A stretch of 39,792 nucleotides of DNA from a virus. Taxonomy: Duplodnaviria > Heunggongvirae > Uroviricota > Caudoviricetes. Made by a program: the position numbers and the translations under genes. Under the pieces are notes generated by a model. The model was given only the letters and a program-made list of their open reading frames with translations. It was not told the DNA's origin and did not search any database. Shown piece by piece: positions 19,121 through 29,280 of this stretch. Position 1 is the first letter of the stretch. Each line of letters starts with the position of its first letter. Where the stretch lies: positions 1 to 39,792 of IMG/VR virus record IMGVR_UViG_2703718791_000008; one strand, written 5' to 3'.

Positions 19121-20347
19121 TTAGCTCCGTTTCAGTTTAGTTGCGCCAGGAAATGCCTTGGCGAAAGAATTGGTTGCGGCAGCATCCATACCCATACCAT
19201 GAGATGGTTTGCGAACTACCGCTTTCTGGCTGATAGCGAATTCAACCATCGATTTAAGTGCTGAAGGATGAACTCCTTTATGTTCTGCACCGATTGAATC
19301 AAGAGCGAATCGGTAAATAGACTCTGCGGAATCCATTGCTACTATGCTCACATCGCCTACCAGAGGGCGAACGCATTCTCGAGCCTCATTGGCTTGACGG
19401 ATACGCCCCATCACATTCTCTTCAGCTTTTCGAATCAATGCGGCATCCATAGCTGCTTTATTCTCATCATCGTCTTCATCCTCGGCAGTCTTTTTATCCT
19501 TGCCGTCATCATTTTCGTCTTCCGCTTCTTTGCGGTCACGATCACGATCCTTTCGCTCACGTTCTTCACGCTCTTTTAGTTCATCCTCTTCACGTTTCAG
19601 ACGCTCTGCTTCTGACTCATTATCTCTCTCAGCCTGAGTGGCTTCGTCTTCAACAACCTTTTGCACTTTCTTTTCCACTTCTTCTGGCTTCTCATCACTG
19701 GCCAGCATCGGCGTGATAACTGCCATCAACTTTTTAGTAAGTTCTGACATTGATTTCATTCCTGTTGGTATTGAATCCCCGACAACAACGTCGGATCCGG
19801 CTCTTCCCTCTGTTACGAGAGCAACGTGGTTCCCGACGATATCGCGCATTACACCATCGTATGGCTGTCCTTCATGCACGCCGGGGGTCATGTCAGCTAC
19901 ATATCTGTAGGCCGACGAAAGTTCTTTCTTCTCGTCTGTCTCGATTCCAGCGATAGAATCTGCGTCCCAGACAACAAGCGAATTCTTGAGATAAGTCCCG
20001 TCAAACTCAGCATCAGTACCAGTAGAACCAACCACAGCCATTTTATGAGGGTCTGAAGCAGTAACCGGAATGTGTTCGTTAAGGAGCGGGATGTTGTTGA
20101 ATGTAGATGCTGCTTTGGCTAACTCTTTCGGGTCACGAAGCAGGTAGTAAACCTTGTCAGGCTGTAAACCTAGCGATCTGTAATTAGGGATTTCACGTCC
20201 ATAATAAGGACAAACGTTAGCCTTACTGATTGGCGTCACTTCGATATGCAAACGCCCATCCTTATCAAAGGAGCGCACCGTTGCCTTGTCGAATGCCAAT
20301 CCGTGATATCCCCATTGCCAGTCGCCTTTAACTTTGCGTAATGGCAT
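19121..20347 (-). CDS. Capsid scaffolding/protease-like protein
   Basis: 408 aa with a highly charged central region ([35 protein letters not shown]). Confidence 0.45.
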   Translation of the reverse strand: MPLRKVKGDWQWGYHGLAFDKATVRSFDKDGRLHIEVTPISKANVCPYYGREIPNYRSLGLQPDKVYYLLRDPKELAKAASTFNNIPLLNEHIPVTASDPHKMAVVGSTGTDAEFDGTYLKNSLVVWDADSIAGIETDEKKELSSAYRYVADMTPGVHEGQPYDGVMRDIVGNHVALVTEGRAGSDVVVGDSIPTGMKSMSELTKKLMAVITPMLASDEKPEEVEKKVQKVVEDEATQAERDNESEAERLKREEDELKEREERERKDRDRDRKEAEDENDDGKDKKTAEDEDDDENKAAMDAALIRKAEENVMGRIRQANEARECVRPLVGDVSIVAMDSAESIYRFALDSIGAEHKGVHPSALKSMVEFAISQKAVVRKPSHGMGMDAAATNSFAKAFPGATKLKRS

Positions 20348-20370
20348 GCTTTTACCTTTCGGCAGGCAAT

Positions 20371-20390
20371 AAAAAAGCCGCAGTAGCGGC
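20371..20390 (-). terminator. Intra-operon hairpin/partial terminator
   Basis: Minus strand reads gccgctactgcggc followed by TTTTTTATT. Confidence 0.35.
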
Positions 20391-20481
20391 CATTATTTCC
20401 TCTTGGGCATAGCTATTTTCAGTAGTGCAATCATTAAGCAACCAAAAATCAACACTAAGCCCAGAGACCATAAAACCTCAA

Positions 20482-21300
20482 TCATTTTCTATCTATCCCA
20501 GGGATAACAGGAGACCACGTACAACGGCAGTTGATAGCCTCTCCCGGCAGCACCCATTCACCATCGAGATACAGCCCTTTATCGAGGTCGAACTCTTTAC
20601 CGTCAGCTTTCACATGGGATGGCCTTGGCTGCTTCCCGGCGTGTGAGTGACGCCAGATTCCTTTGGTGATTCCTAACTTCTTCTGCCGTTCAGACTGAAT
20701 TACCGCTGTAGCTTTGTTGTTCTGATCGCGTGCAATCGTCTCAGCGCGTCTGCGTGTAATGCCATATCGCTTAACCAGTTCATCAGTGAGATAGCTAAGG
20801 TCACGACCACGGCTGACAGACTGCATGACTATCGTCTCAACCTGTGTGTGATAGTGTTCAGGTATGGATTTAATCAGGTTGACGTTCTCGTTAACGACAG
20901 CCTGCATCACGTTCTTAAGCTCGTCATTCATTGTGAACTTAACGGTAAATCCGCCATCCTTTAACGCTGAGTGTAACGAAACGTCGGTGTTGCGCAGTGT
21001 CTTATCAACGAAGCGATCAGCCAGTTTCTTAGCCAGTTCATTGAATTTATGCTCCCACTGCTTGCCAAGATTAGCCAGCCTGCGCTTCAATTCATTTGCG
21101 GGGCTGGCATCAATCGCCATGCTGTCTTTGTATGCAGCCTCAAGCCAGTACCGGTAAGACTTATTCATCTCACTGACCAGCTTGAGAAGCTCAGAGCGAT
21201 ACCACTCATGAACTCCGGCGTTAGCTCTGACTGGACGAAGGGTTTTCCGTGTCTTCGAATCCTTCTTCGATGGACTCGTTTTCGTACTCTTCTTCGTCAT
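20482..21300 (-). CDS. Head morphogenesis protein (Mu F / SPP1 gp7-like)
   Basis: 272 aa with a basic N-terminus, following the portal gene. Confidence 0.5.
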   Translation of the reverse strand: MTKKSTKTSPSKKDSKTRKTLRPVRANAGVHEWYRSELLKLVSEMNKSYRYWLEAAYKDSMAIDASPANELKRRLANLGKQWEHKFNELAKKLADRFVDKTLRNTDVSLHSALKDGGFTVKFTMNDELKNVMQAVVNENVNLIKSIPEHYHTQVETIVMQSVSRGRDLSYLTDELVKRYGITRRRAETIARDQNNKATAVIQSERQKKLGITKGIWRHSHAGKQPRPSHVKADGKEFDLDKGLYLDGEWVLPGEAINCRCTWSPVIPGIDRK

Positions 21301-22756
21301 ATTCTGATTCCATCATGTGGTATGGGCTGGCCTTATCCGACTGGCGCATGCTTCTTATTGCATCAAGGTCGAACACGCCAGCTTCGGCATAGTTCTTGTC
21401 AGCCTCAGACTGATGTTTCATGATCTCGGCTTTCTCTGCTTCTGTAAGCTCATACAGAGGCAGGAACTCAAAATCAATGTCAGGATCAATCTCGCCAAAT
21501 TCGTTTAACTGGATAACATCCAGTACTGTTTTCAGTGGTACTCTGAACAGATTCTCCTGCATGGCGTGGATTGAGTCATAGAAGACGCGGATTTCTCCAT
21601 CAGATGAAGCGTTTAGCCCGTTAGGAGTGATGCCAAGGAGCTTAACCAGAGGAATGCTTGATACCGATGCCATTTGTTCCTGCGCTTGCGCCTGAAGAGC
21701 ATCAACTCCGGACAGACTTGTCACAAACTGGAAGAATTCTTCTCCATCCTTATCAATAAGGAACATTCCGCGATTGTCGCGAACCTTATTAAAGAGCTCG
21801 GCACGCATAAACAGGTTTGGGTCTGCAATTCCAGACAAGGCATTCTGCATGTTCGTCTTCAGTCCATAGACCACAAACGAATGAACCAGATCGCTAACGC
21901 TGTCACGCGTTCTCAACCAGTTCTGCACGTATGGCTCTGCCATCTGACTCAGCGACAAGCCGCCGAAGTTGTACGCAGCTTTGAGAATGTCTGGCACCTG
22001 TCGAGAAATCATTGTCAACATACGGCTGGCGTGAACCGTGCGCCCCATGACATACCATTCAGATGGATTGAAGAAATCAGGACTGAGAGGGTTATCAGCG
22101 TTATACACACCAGGGTATGTCCACATGGCCTCGATAACGCGGAAACCATTCAGGCTTCCTTTGGTAATCTTGCGCGGGCTGATATAGAGCTTCTTATCCA
22201 GTTCGTCGGGAACCAGCCAGGCTGAGTTACCGCTTGGCGTCTTCACGTCGATATAAATCTGTCCGCGCCCGAAGTAACCGTCATGTTCCGCCGCCTCGCG
22301 AAACTTCTCTCGCACTCTGAAACGCTTTAATGCGTCGTCAAGCTGGCGAATCTTATCGGCCTTGTCGTAACCATCGTCTTTACCTACATGTTTCAGCTCA
22401 ATCCATTTTCGCGTCATCTCTTCTGCTATCGTGCCAGTAATCTTGCGATACTCCGGCAACTGAGCAAGTTGAGACAGATATGGGTAGCCAGGAAACCCAC
22501 CGTAGCCATATGCGGTGATGTTTGCTGAATTAAGGTAACTGTACGGTGTGGAGTCCATCGCCAGGGCTGACTCCCCAATATGTTCAGGAATAACGCCTGG
22601 CGGGGGTACGTATCGCTCAATTCTACGCAATGCCTCGCCTTCATTTTTAATTCGCTCCTGTTCGTTAATAATCGCAAGAACATTAGCCAGAGACATTGGC
22701 TGTTTCGCCTCTTCTTTCTGAGGCTCAGATTTTTTCTTTCTCAAAAAATTAAACAC
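21221..22756 (-). CDS. Portal protein
   Basis: 511 aa directly downstream of the large terminase; acidic C-terminus. Confidence 0.6.
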   Translation of the reverse strand: MFNFLRKKKSEPQKEEAKQPMSLANVLAIINEQERIKNEGEALRRIERYVPPPGVIPEHIGESALAMDSTPYSYLNSANITAYGYGGFPGYPYLSQLAQLPEYRKITGTIAEEMTRKWIELKHVGKDDGYDKADKIRQLDDALKRFRVREKFREAAEHDGYFGRGQIYIDVKTPSGNSAWLVPDELDKKLYISPRKITKGSLNGFRVIEAMWTYPGVYNADNPLSPDFFNPSEWYVMGRTVHASRMLTMISRQVPDILKAAYNFGGLSLSQMAEPYVQNWLRTRDSVSDLVHSFVVYGLKTNMQNALSGIADPNLFMRAELFNKVRDNRGMFLIDKDGEEFFQFVTSLSGVDALQAQAQEQMASVSSIPLVKLLGITPNGLNASSDGEIRVFYDSIHAMQENLFRVPLKTVLDVIQLNEFGEIDPDIDFEFLPLYELTEAEKAEIMKHQSEADKNYAEAGVFDLDAIRSMRQSDKASPYHMMESEYDEEEYENESIEEGFEDTENPSSSQS

Positions 22757-24282
22757 TATGCGAGCCTCAAAAGGTCTTCAGATATACGTAACGGACCATT
22801 GCCATTTTTCATCTCATCGATGGCATCCATCATCGGATCAAGCTGGTCGTCGTGCGTATTGAAATCAGGATTAATAGCTTCCATCTCAACGAGGAAGTCG
22901 TTGATGAATGGTGCGCTGCTGGGCAACTTGATGTAACCGGACTCGATATAACCCTGTACGTCCATCAGTCGCGTGTACTTATCCTTATCGCGCTGAATTG
23001 CTTTGATGGGGCATATCGCTTTTTTACGGATGTTCTGTATCAGGCCTGTGCCAGATGACTTGTCCTCTATCGCCATATGGCGAAGCGGCCCATTCTTCAG
23101 AGTTTTGCACTTTTCCCAGAATGCAACAGCACGGCGTTGTAATTCATCGGCCTCCCATTTACCGCGAATCATATCTATCAGATAGATGTACCCGTCAGTA
23201 CCAAGCCCCCAGTGCTCGAATACAGAGAAGTCGTTGACCTCTTTTGTTTTCTGTGCGGTGTCTCCATAGACGGCACGCCATTGCATGGGAGGAAGTACCG
23301 AATATTCACCAAACCATTCAGACTTAATAAGCCCCCCGCCTTTGGCGGTTGGTCGTTGCTGATAAAGAGCATTCCATACAAGGGAACCGCGCTGTTTGCA
23401 TTTCTCTACGAACTCTCTCGGCATGCGCTCAGGGAACAGAATTTCACCGGGATTGCGCAATCGATATACGTTACCGTTGAGCTCATGAATCTCTTCCTTT
23501 TCAGCTTCCATAGGGAAGCTAACTACGCGCCAGCGTTCCCCGCCTTCTTCTGCCAGTTTTAATAACTGTCCGGCGAGATCGTTTTGATGCCAGCGTGTCA
23601 GGATGATGACGATGCCGTTTATCTTCGGGTCAACACGAGTGAAGAATGTCGTGTCATACCAGTCCATCACCGCTTCCTGGTAAGTTGGTGACGATGCGGT
23701 TTTGTAATCTTTCGCGGGGTCATCAATAACCCCAATGTTCATACCCTGCCCGGTGATGCCCCCGTTAACACCAGCAGAACGATATGAGCCGCCGTGTAAT
23801 TCGCCTTTGGCATCCACTGGTTCCCATAGCTCGGTTTTGTTGATGCCTCCCGCCAAACTGCGTCCTGAAGGTATTTTCACGTCAGGGAAAACATCAGCGT
23901 ACTTGTCAGAGGTGATAATGCGTTTAACGTCACGGCTCATTCGGTCTGACAGGTCAGAAGAATATGAGCACGAGATAATGTTCCATGATGGATGCTGTCC
24001 TAACACATACGCTGGGAAGCGGCGAGAGCACAACTCACTCTTTCCTGAGCGCGGAGGGGCAAACACCATTAGCCTGGGCATGTTTCCGGCTTTAACTTCA
24101 TCCAGAAAGTGATCTAGCTCAGCACAAAGCAGCTCGTTAAACCAACCTGTTTCGTATTGCGGATTAGTGTACAAAGTGAAATCGAGAAGGTTTTTTCTTG
24201 CTGAGCGAATAGCCAGCTCTTTGTGCAACTCATAAATCTGAGCGTTTCGATTCAAGCTGATTGGAGCGCCTGCCATTACCAA
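22756..24282 (-). CDS. Terminase large subunit
   Basis: 508 aa with Walker A-like FAPPRSGKSE and a C-terminal nuclease-like region. Confidence 0.7.
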   Translation of the reverse strand: MVMAGAPISLNRNAQIYELHKELAIRSARKNLLDFTLYTNPQYETGWFNELLCAELDHFLDEVKAGNMPRLMVFAPPRSGKSELCSRRFPAYVLGQHPSWNIISCSYSSDLSDRMSRDVKRIITSDKYADVFPDVKIPSGRSLAGGINKTELWEPVDAKGELHGGSYRSAGVNGGITGQGMNIGVIDDPAKDYKTASSPTYQEAVMDWYDTTFFTRVDPKINGIVIILTRWHQNDLAGQLLKLAEEGGERWRVVSFPMEAEKEEIHELNGNVYRLRNPGEILFPERMPREFVEKCKQRGSLVWNALYQQRPTAKGGGLIKSEWFGEYSVLPPMQWRAVYGDTAQKTKEVNDFSVFEHWGLGTDGYIYLIDMIRGKWEADELQRRAVAFWEKCKTLKNGPLRHMAIEDKSSGTGLIQNIRKKAICPIKAIQRDKDKYTRLMDVQGYIESGYIKLPSSAPFINDFLVEMEAINPDFNTHDDQLDPMMDAIDEMKNGNGPLRISEDLLRLA

Positions 24283-24817
24283 GCTCCTTCAGTTTCTCTT
24301 CAAGTAACTCTTCTGACATATCGGCATAACGAACAGGCCCGCCATCAGCGCCAGTTATTTCTGTAGATGTTTGCTCTTTAAACGCCTGAACAGAAACATG
24401 CTTACCAAGAAGTTCGAGGTTTTTAACCTTATCAGGCCATTTGATTTTCTTCAGGAGTGCTGCACTATCTGCGGATACCATCTCCACGACATCCATTCCT
24501 GATAGCGTTGTGCGCCATACCTTAGGCCAGTCTTTAATGGGCTTTAGCTCACCGTTTTGCAGGAGAATGTCGAGCACATCCATCTGGTCGATTTCAATAA
24601 GGCGATTAAGTACATATTCTGCATTAATACCAACAAGATCATTGCGTTGCGCTTTCAGTTCGGCGATTCTTAACTTGATGTCAGGTTTTGACAGGTTTTC
24701 GGATGCGGTACGGTTAGCTGTCTTTGCGCTGTACCCCGCCCGAATAGCCGCTTGCGTGGCGTTTAAATCGATGAGGTACTCGCGACAGAACATCTCTTGT
24801 TTGTCGGTGAGTGCCAT
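24230..24817 (-). CDS. Terminase small subunit
   Basis: 195 aa with N-terminal HTH-like MALTDKQEMFCREYL... immediately upstream of the large subunit. Confidence 0.55.
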   Translation of the reverse strand: MALTDKQEMFCREYLIDLNATQAAIRAGYSAKTANRTASENLSKPDIKLRIAELKAQRNDLVGINAEYVLNRLIEIDQMDVLDILLQNGELKPIKDWPKVWRTTLSGMDVVEMVSADSAALLKKIKWPDKVKNLELLGKHVSVQAFKEQTSTEITGADGGPVRYADMSEELLEEKLKELGNGRRSNQLESKRSDL

Positions 24818-24841
24818 GACAAAGTCTCAATTGGATTGAAA

Positions 24842-25114
24842 ATGAGTGATTTATTACTAATTAAAAACTGGTTAATTGACCATCATGCACTATCGATTTT
24901 CTTTGGGTTTTTATCGGCTGGGTTATGGATCAAATCAGCAACAGCCAAAGTCAAAACAGGTAGAAGCACCGTTGTAGCAATTACATTTGATGATCCCAAA
25001 AAAAATGTAGATCTTCACGAATTTTTCTTAACTGCGCGGTTACAGTCTAAATATAACTCATATGCAGCTTTCGCTGCTGCTGTAACTGTGATTTTGCAAA
25101 TGGCTGGCTATTAG
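24842..25114 (+). CDS. Small hydrophobic membrane protein, opposite strand to the late operon
   Basis: ATG at 24842 (MSDLLLIKNW...); two hydrophobic segments; AT-rich. Confidence 0.3.
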   Translation: MSDLLLIKNWLIDHHALSIFFGFLSAGLWIKSATAKVKTGRSTVVAITFDDPKKNVDLHEFFLTARLQSKYNSYAAFAAAVTVILQMAGY

Positions 25115-25430
25115 AAAACCTTAACCAGGATATTATTTACCTTTATCAATATCAGTTAACGGCTCAAAGTGTAATGGTTCCACATTCTCCTAATGGAGTT
25201 ATTTACTCGCCCGTCTCGGTAGCCAGCTGCATAAAGCCATTAACCAGCTCAGGCTGACGTCGTGACGTCTTGCCCGTAAAGGTTTCGCCTGTTTGGGTTT
25301 GGTAGATGTCGGACATTGAGAGCCTCTTTATCTGCTTGTGGGGATATATGGTTAATTATCCTCTGTAGGGGATACTGCCATCACAATGGGGAGAATCATC
25401 GTAATGGCAATAAAAACCGCCCATAGGCAG

Positions 25431-25838
25431 TTAATCTGAAAGACCAAATTTCTTTTTTGCGTAGGATTTTAGAAGCTCTACACCAACATCTTTCAATACC
25501 GATAATGGTTGATCGCTAATTGTTTTTAGCTTCTTAAAAACATCCTTTTGTTGAAGGGTTTCTGCAAACTCTTGGCCTGATGACGTGAGTCTTACATTGG
25601 CTGGCCATTCACGGATTTCATTAAGCCCAATAGTAAGTCCTAATTTCTTAGGATCGCCTATTTCTAGAAAATGGTTACTGATATAACCTCTCTCAATCAA
25701 TTGGTAGTAATGAAAGAGCCCTTTATCGCTGCTTATTTCGTATCCAGCTTTTTTAAGGTCATTAGCTGATATCAATGGTCCGCCAGCCTTAATAAAGACC
25801 CCTAACATTCCCTTCAAGTATTCCAGATCGGTCTGCAT
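25431..25838 (-). CDS. Hypothetical protein (moron candidate between the lysis and packaging genes)
   Basis: 135-aa ORF with strong GGAGG SD; AT-rich; no recognisable motif. Confidence 0.4.
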   Translation of the reverse strand: MQTDLEYLKGMLGVFIKAGGPLISANDLKKAGYEISSDKGLFHYYQLIERGYISNHFLEIGDPKKLGLTIGLNEIREWPANVRLTSSGQEFAETLQQKDVFKKLKTISDQPLSVLKDVGVELLKSYAKKKFGLSD

Positions 25839-25896
25839 AAATTACCTCCATCCTGAGAAATAGAGATAATATTACCCTTAAAATTCTTCATTAACA

Positions 25897-26370
25897 CTAA
25901 TTTGAACACTGCTCTTTGATGTAGTCCTGCAAGTAGCCGACCTGCTTCGTCACTGTGACGATTCGCTCTCTGAGGGTGAAATAATCCCGTTCAGCGGAGT
26001 CAGTAAGTCCGGGGCTGGAAGCATCGCCCAAGCTGCCGGTGCCGGTCTTTCCGCTCGCTGGACATCGGGCATTGAAGTGCAGCCCACACTTGCCAGTGCG
26101 AACACAACGCTGCAGATCATCAAGCTGCTTTTTCGCATCAGCTAGTTCTCCGGTGTATTTAGCATCGAGTGCATCAGCATCACGCTGGCGCTGCTGCATG
26201 TCAGTAATTGCCGCGTTCGCCAGCTTCAGTTCTCTGGCATTTTTGTCGCGCTGGGCTTTGTAGGTAATGGCGTTATCACGGTAATGATTAACAGCCCATG
26301 ACAGGCAGACGATGATACAGATAACCAGAGCAGAGATAATCGCGGTTACTCTGCTCATTGTTGCCCCCAC
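25897..26370 (-). CDS. Rz: Rz-type i-spanin
   Basis: 157 aa with N-terminal TM and coiled-coil, follows the endolysin and contains an embedded Rz1 frame. Confidence 0.6.
   Translation of the reverse strand: MGATMSRVTAIISALVICIIVCLSWAVNHYRDNAITYKAQRDKNARELKLANAAITDMQQRQRDADALDAKYTGELADAKKQLDDLQRCVRTGKCGLHFNARCPASGKTGTGSLGDASSPGLTDSAERDYFTLRERIVTVTKQVGYLQDYIKEQCSN
25950..26138 (-). CDS. Rz1: Rz1-type o-spanin, embedded in Rz in another frame
   Basis: 62 aa, signal-peptide-like N-terminus with a Cys and Pro-rich mature part. Confidence 0.5.
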   Translation of the reverse strand: MRKSSLMICSVVFALASVGCTSMPDVQRAERPAPAAWAMLPAPDLLTPLNGIISPSESESSQ

Positions 26371-26852
26371 AAACAGACTTCACGCTCAATCTCACGGCGA
26401 GTCATCAGCCCTTTCCATTGCTTACCGCCAGCATATGTCCAACGACGTAGCTGGTCACATGCGCCTTTGATATCGCCCTGGTTTATTTTGCGAAGAAGCG
26501 TCGATGTTTTGAAATTGCCAGCACCCACGTTGTAGACGAACGAGTAAAGAGCGCCGCGCGTTGTTTCCGGTATATCGACTTTGATGTACGGGTTAATTTG
26601 TCTGGCGACCGTGGCAAGGTCTTTATTCAGGAGGGCTTTGCATTCTGCTTCGGTATACGTTTTACCGAGCATGATGTCTTTTCCGGTGTGTCCGTGACAT
26701 ACAGTCCATACACCAACAATATCTTTGTATGGTATGTAGCTGACACCTTCCAGACCATCGTTACCACTCGGTCCAGTGATTAACACAGATGCTATAGCAA
26801 TAGCCCCGCCACCAATAGCAGCTGCAACAGCTTTTCGTAATGACGGAGGCAT
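26355..26852 (-). CDS. R: SAR endolysin (phage 21 R-type lysozyme)
   Basis: 165 aa with Gly/Ala-rich signal-anchor-release N-terminus ([20 protein letters not shown]) and lysozyme-like body. Confidence 0.75.
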   Translation of the reverse strand: MPPSLRKAVAAAIGGGAIAIASVLITGPSGNDGLEGVSYIPYKDIVGVWTVCHGHTGKDIMLGKTYTEAECKALLNKDLATVARQINPYIKVDIPETTRGALYSFVYNVGAGNFKTSTLLRKINQGDIKGACDQLRRWTYAGGKQWKGLMTRREIEREVCLWGQQ

Positions 26853-27067
26853 TATTCACCTCTCGCAGCCTTTCTTCTGTCTTCTCTGATTTTGAAGTAC
26901 AGATTTGTCAGATAAGTCAAAAAGCCCAGAACTAGACTTCCCAGCACACCAATTGCAGCCCACTGTGACGGACTGACCTGATCCAACCACTGTAAAAACC
27001 AGTATCCCGCACTACCAGCGGATGTTCCGTAGGCAATGCCAGTAGAGATTTTGTCCATTGATTTCAT
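26852..27067 (-). CDS. S: Pinholin (phage 21 S-type) with dual-start motif
   Basis: 71 aa starting MKSMDKI..., two TM segments, directly upstream of the SAR endolysin. Confidence 0.75.
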   Translation of the reverse strand: MKSMDKISTGIAYGTSAGSAGYWFLQWLDQVSPSQWAAIGVLGSLVLGFLTYLTNLYFKIREDRRKAARGE

Positions 27068-27185
27068 AGCAACGCCTCCGCAAGTAACGGATTGCGTAGT
27101 TCTTATATTGGGAAGGGGAAAAAAGAAGGCCGCGGCATAACTATCACTGATGAGTTCAGGATAGCCAGTGGCTACGGCTCAGTTA

Positions 27186-27261
27186 TGGTGCTGGTTAACG
27201 GACTTGAACCGCTACCCATTCGCTTACAAGGCGACTGCTCTACCATTGGAGCTAAACCAGC
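27186..27261 (-). tRNA. tRNA, anticodon UGU (Thr) inferred by manual folding
   Basis: Reverse complement GCTGGTT-TA-GCTC-CAATGGTA-GAGC-A-GTCGC-CTTGTAA-GCGAA-TGGGT-AGCGG-TTCAAGT-CCGTT-AACCAGC-A-CCA gives a clean cloverleaf. Confidence 0.6.
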
Positions 27262-27266
27262 ATATT

Positions 27267-27341
27267 TGGCGGGACAGCGTGGACTCGAACCACGATAAGA
27301 AGGTTAACAGCCTTCCGTAATGACCTTTATACGACTGACCC
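27267..27341 (-). tRNA. tRNA, anticodon GUU (Asn) inferred; one U-U mismatch in the acceptor stem
   Basis: Reverse complement folds with perfect anticodon stem GAAGG/CCTTC, loop CTGTTAA, T-arm CGTGG-TTCGAGT-CCACG and encoded CCA. Confidence 0.45.
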
Positions 27342-27395
27342 AAATAAAAAAAGCCACCGTTGCAACTTAAGAGTCACTAACGGCAGCTTACATCT

Positions 27396-27881
27396 TTAAA
27401 CGGTATGATATTTCATTCTGGCTGCCTCAAAAGCCGCAGCGGCAAGTTCTGCTGTGTCATGGTATCCAAGGTTAATACACTTTCCAGACGCATTAATTCT
27501 TGCTCTCCATTTCCCGTACTTAGCATCCCAAGACACGCCACGGTACCCAGATTTATTATTCTTCTGAATTTTCCTGTTCTGCATATTTTCGGAATGAGTG
27601 ACAAGACGAAGATTTGATATCCGGTTATCTGTTCTTACCCTGTTGATGTGATCAATAATGCCATCGGGCATGGTGCCATAAACAATCAACCATGCCAGTC
27701 TGTGAGCAGGGTATGCTTTACCATTAAGCATAATCATTAAATACCCACCAGAACTTATTGATGAGCATTTCTTGAAAGCAAAACGAGAGTTCCATGTCAA
27801 AGTAGTCCTCTCTCTCCCCCGCCTCCATTTCCAGTGAAAGTCGCCTGATGATGGATTGTAATCAACAACAGAAAGCACCAT
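27396..27881 (-). CDS. HNH homing endonuclease with C-terminal AP2-like DNA-binding domain
   Basis: HNH_3-type motif (YLMIMLNGKAYPAHRLAWLIVYG...IDHINRVRTDNRISNLRLVTHSENMQN) followed by GYRGVSWDAKYGKWRARI. Confidence 0.7.
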   Translation of the reverse strand: MVLSVVDYNPSSGDFHWKWRRGRERTTLTWNSRFAFKKCSSISSGGYLMIMLNGKAYPAHRLAWLIVYGTMPDGIIDHINRVRTDNRISNLRLVTHSENMQNRKIQKNNKSGYRGVSWDAKYGKWRARINASGKCINLGYHDTAELAAAAFEAARMKYHTV

Positions 27882-28026
27882 TTCTGGCGTTAATTTTATT
27901 CTTTCATCGCTTTACCTTAGGGATAGAGCCTGTTCGCGTAGATATGACAGCCAAGAGCGGAGCGATGTTTCCACCACCATATCTCAGGCCCATATCACTA
28001 AGACTCTTGTTTTGATTGCACGCGAA

Positions 28027-28049
28027 TGCAAAAAAGCCCACAGGAGGTG
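28027..28049 (-). terminator. Rho-independent terminator downstream of Q (tR'-like)
   Basis: Minus strand reads gcccacctcctgtgggc followed by TTTTTT. Confidence 0.5.
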
Positions 28050-28084
28050 GGCTTGTGATGGTTGCTGAATGCAAAAGCAGCAGC

Positions 28085-28125
28085 ATATGCGAATAGTGTT
28101 GCTCATTTGCTCAATGATGTCAACA
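28085..28125 (-). promoter_or_regulatory. Candidate late promoter pR' (-35 TTGACA) just after the Q stop
   Basis: TTGACA on the minus strand at 28123..28118; -10 element is weak or unclear. Confidence 0.3.
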
Positions 28126-28129
28126 CGTT

Positions 28130-28618
28130 CTATGCTACATGTTTAATTTTCTCTACACGTTTCCGGTTTTTAAACGCACTATCCAGAACCGGGTAAATCA
28201 TAAACAACGAGGCATTAAGGATTTCGTCAACTTCCCGTCGACAGGTTGCGAGCGATGGTTTTTGAATGCGCCCGCCGCCCCGGCATAACATCTTGCGAGG
28301 TCTTGCGACGCGATGATAGTAAGATGCAATGGCGTGCCTGGAAGAACCATGAGCGTAGTAGCTGAGGAGGATGCCAAAGGCTTTCTTGTCAATGTACATG
28401 ACGGAATCGACGACCTGAGAAATCAACATTCCATCATCATCATTACACATTGGCCTTGTCATAACTCTTCCCGGCTCTACGCTCTCCATGAACTTCGCTA
28501 TTACGCTGCTCATGCGCTTTTCCAGACGACCTGAATAAACCCATGCGCCCCACAGTTCAAGCCAGCCATTCAGCCACTCATGCTGTTCTTTGGTGAGGTT
28601 TAGTTCTCTTATGCCCAC
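28130..28618 (-). CDS. Q: Late antiterminator Q (phage 82/21-type Q family)
   Basis: 162 aa with WGAW and [10 protein letters not shown] motifs shared with Q82-type antiterminators; sits between the nin genes and the lysis cassette. Confidence 0.65.
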   Translation of the reverse strand: MGIRELNLTKEQHEWLNGWLELWGAWVYSGRLEKRMSSVIAKFMESVEPGRVMTRPMCNDDDGMLISQVVDSVMYIDKKAFGILLSYYAHGSSRHAIASYYHRVARPRKMLCRGGGRIQKPSLATCRREVDEILNASLFMIYPVLDSAFKNRKRVEKIKHVA

Positions 28619-29280
28619 GCGCCTTCTCCCTGTACCTGAATCAATGTGAGATTTCCGCAGAACACTGCCCCAGTATCGATATACATCTGGTTGGCAAATT
28701 TGAGTGGTTTCACTGCTGGCGTATGACCAAAGATAAACGTGTCCGCGCCTTTAATTTCTTTAACGATCCCGTCTTGTGAGTTGCTGATTCGTTCGCGGTT
28801 CCAGATTACCTGCTGATGATCAACTGGCTTTCCAAATTCGTATTCGTCACAAGGATAATCGGCGTGGCAGATGACATATTTTTTACCTTTGCTCACCAGT
28901 TCGATGATTAACGGAAGTTCTTCTGCTTTATGGGCAAGAGCTTTAGCCAGAATTTCTTTGTCGTAATCGAGATTAAAGAACCAGCCACCGCCATTAAGCA
29001 GCCAGTGATTAACGTTTCCACGCTCTGATAAGCCATCAATCATCATTTGCTCATGGTTTCCACGTACAGCTCTGAACCAGGGGAATGTGATTAATTCCAG
29101 GCATTCAACGTTCTCTGCACCACGATCAACCAAATCGCCCACCGAGATAAGCAGGTCTTTTTTGTTGTCGAATCCAATCGTATCCAGTTTGTTCATCAGG
29201 TTCGTGTAGCATCCGTGCAGATCGCCAACTACCCAAATATTTCGGTATTTTCTGCCATCAATTCTTTCGTAGATATTCAT
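28609..29280 (-). CDS. ninI: Ser/Thr protein phosphatase (lambda NinI-like)
   Basis: GDLHGC...GDLVDRG...GNHE metallophosphatase motifs; near-identical to the lambda phosphatase from memory. Confidence 0.8.
   Translation of the reverse strand: MNIYERIDGRKYRNIWVVGDLHGCYTNLMNKLDTIGFDNKKDLLISVGDLVDRGAENVECLELITFPWFRAVRGNHEQMMIDGLSERGNVNHWLLNGGGWFFNLDYDKEILAKALAHKAEELPLIIELVSKGKKYVICHADYPCDEYEFGKPVDHQQVIWNRERISNSQDGIVKEIKGADTFIFGHTPAVKPLKFANQMYIDTGAVFCGNLTLIQVQGEGAWA

Noticed and set aside
19394..20056. Several plus-strand ORFs antisense to the scaffold gene
   Set aside because: They arise from the charged repetitive coding region of the scaffold gene read on the opposite strand.
21674..22225. 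183-aa plus-strand ORF antisense to the portal gene
   Set aside because: Entirely nested antisense to a long structural gene in an otherwise unidirectional late operon.
27092..27298. 68-aa plus-strand ORF across the tRNA region
   Set aside because: The sequence is better explained by two minus-strand tRNA cloverleaves.
27186..27341. Shiga-toxin locus adjacent to the tRNAs
   Set aside because: No stxA/stxB-like ORFs are present between the tRNAs and the holin; the interval holds only the HNH gene.
27904..28086. 60-aa ORF between Q and the HNH gene
   Set aside because: It lies within the predicted pR' leader and spans the tR'-like terminator hairpin; no SD and low-complexity translation.
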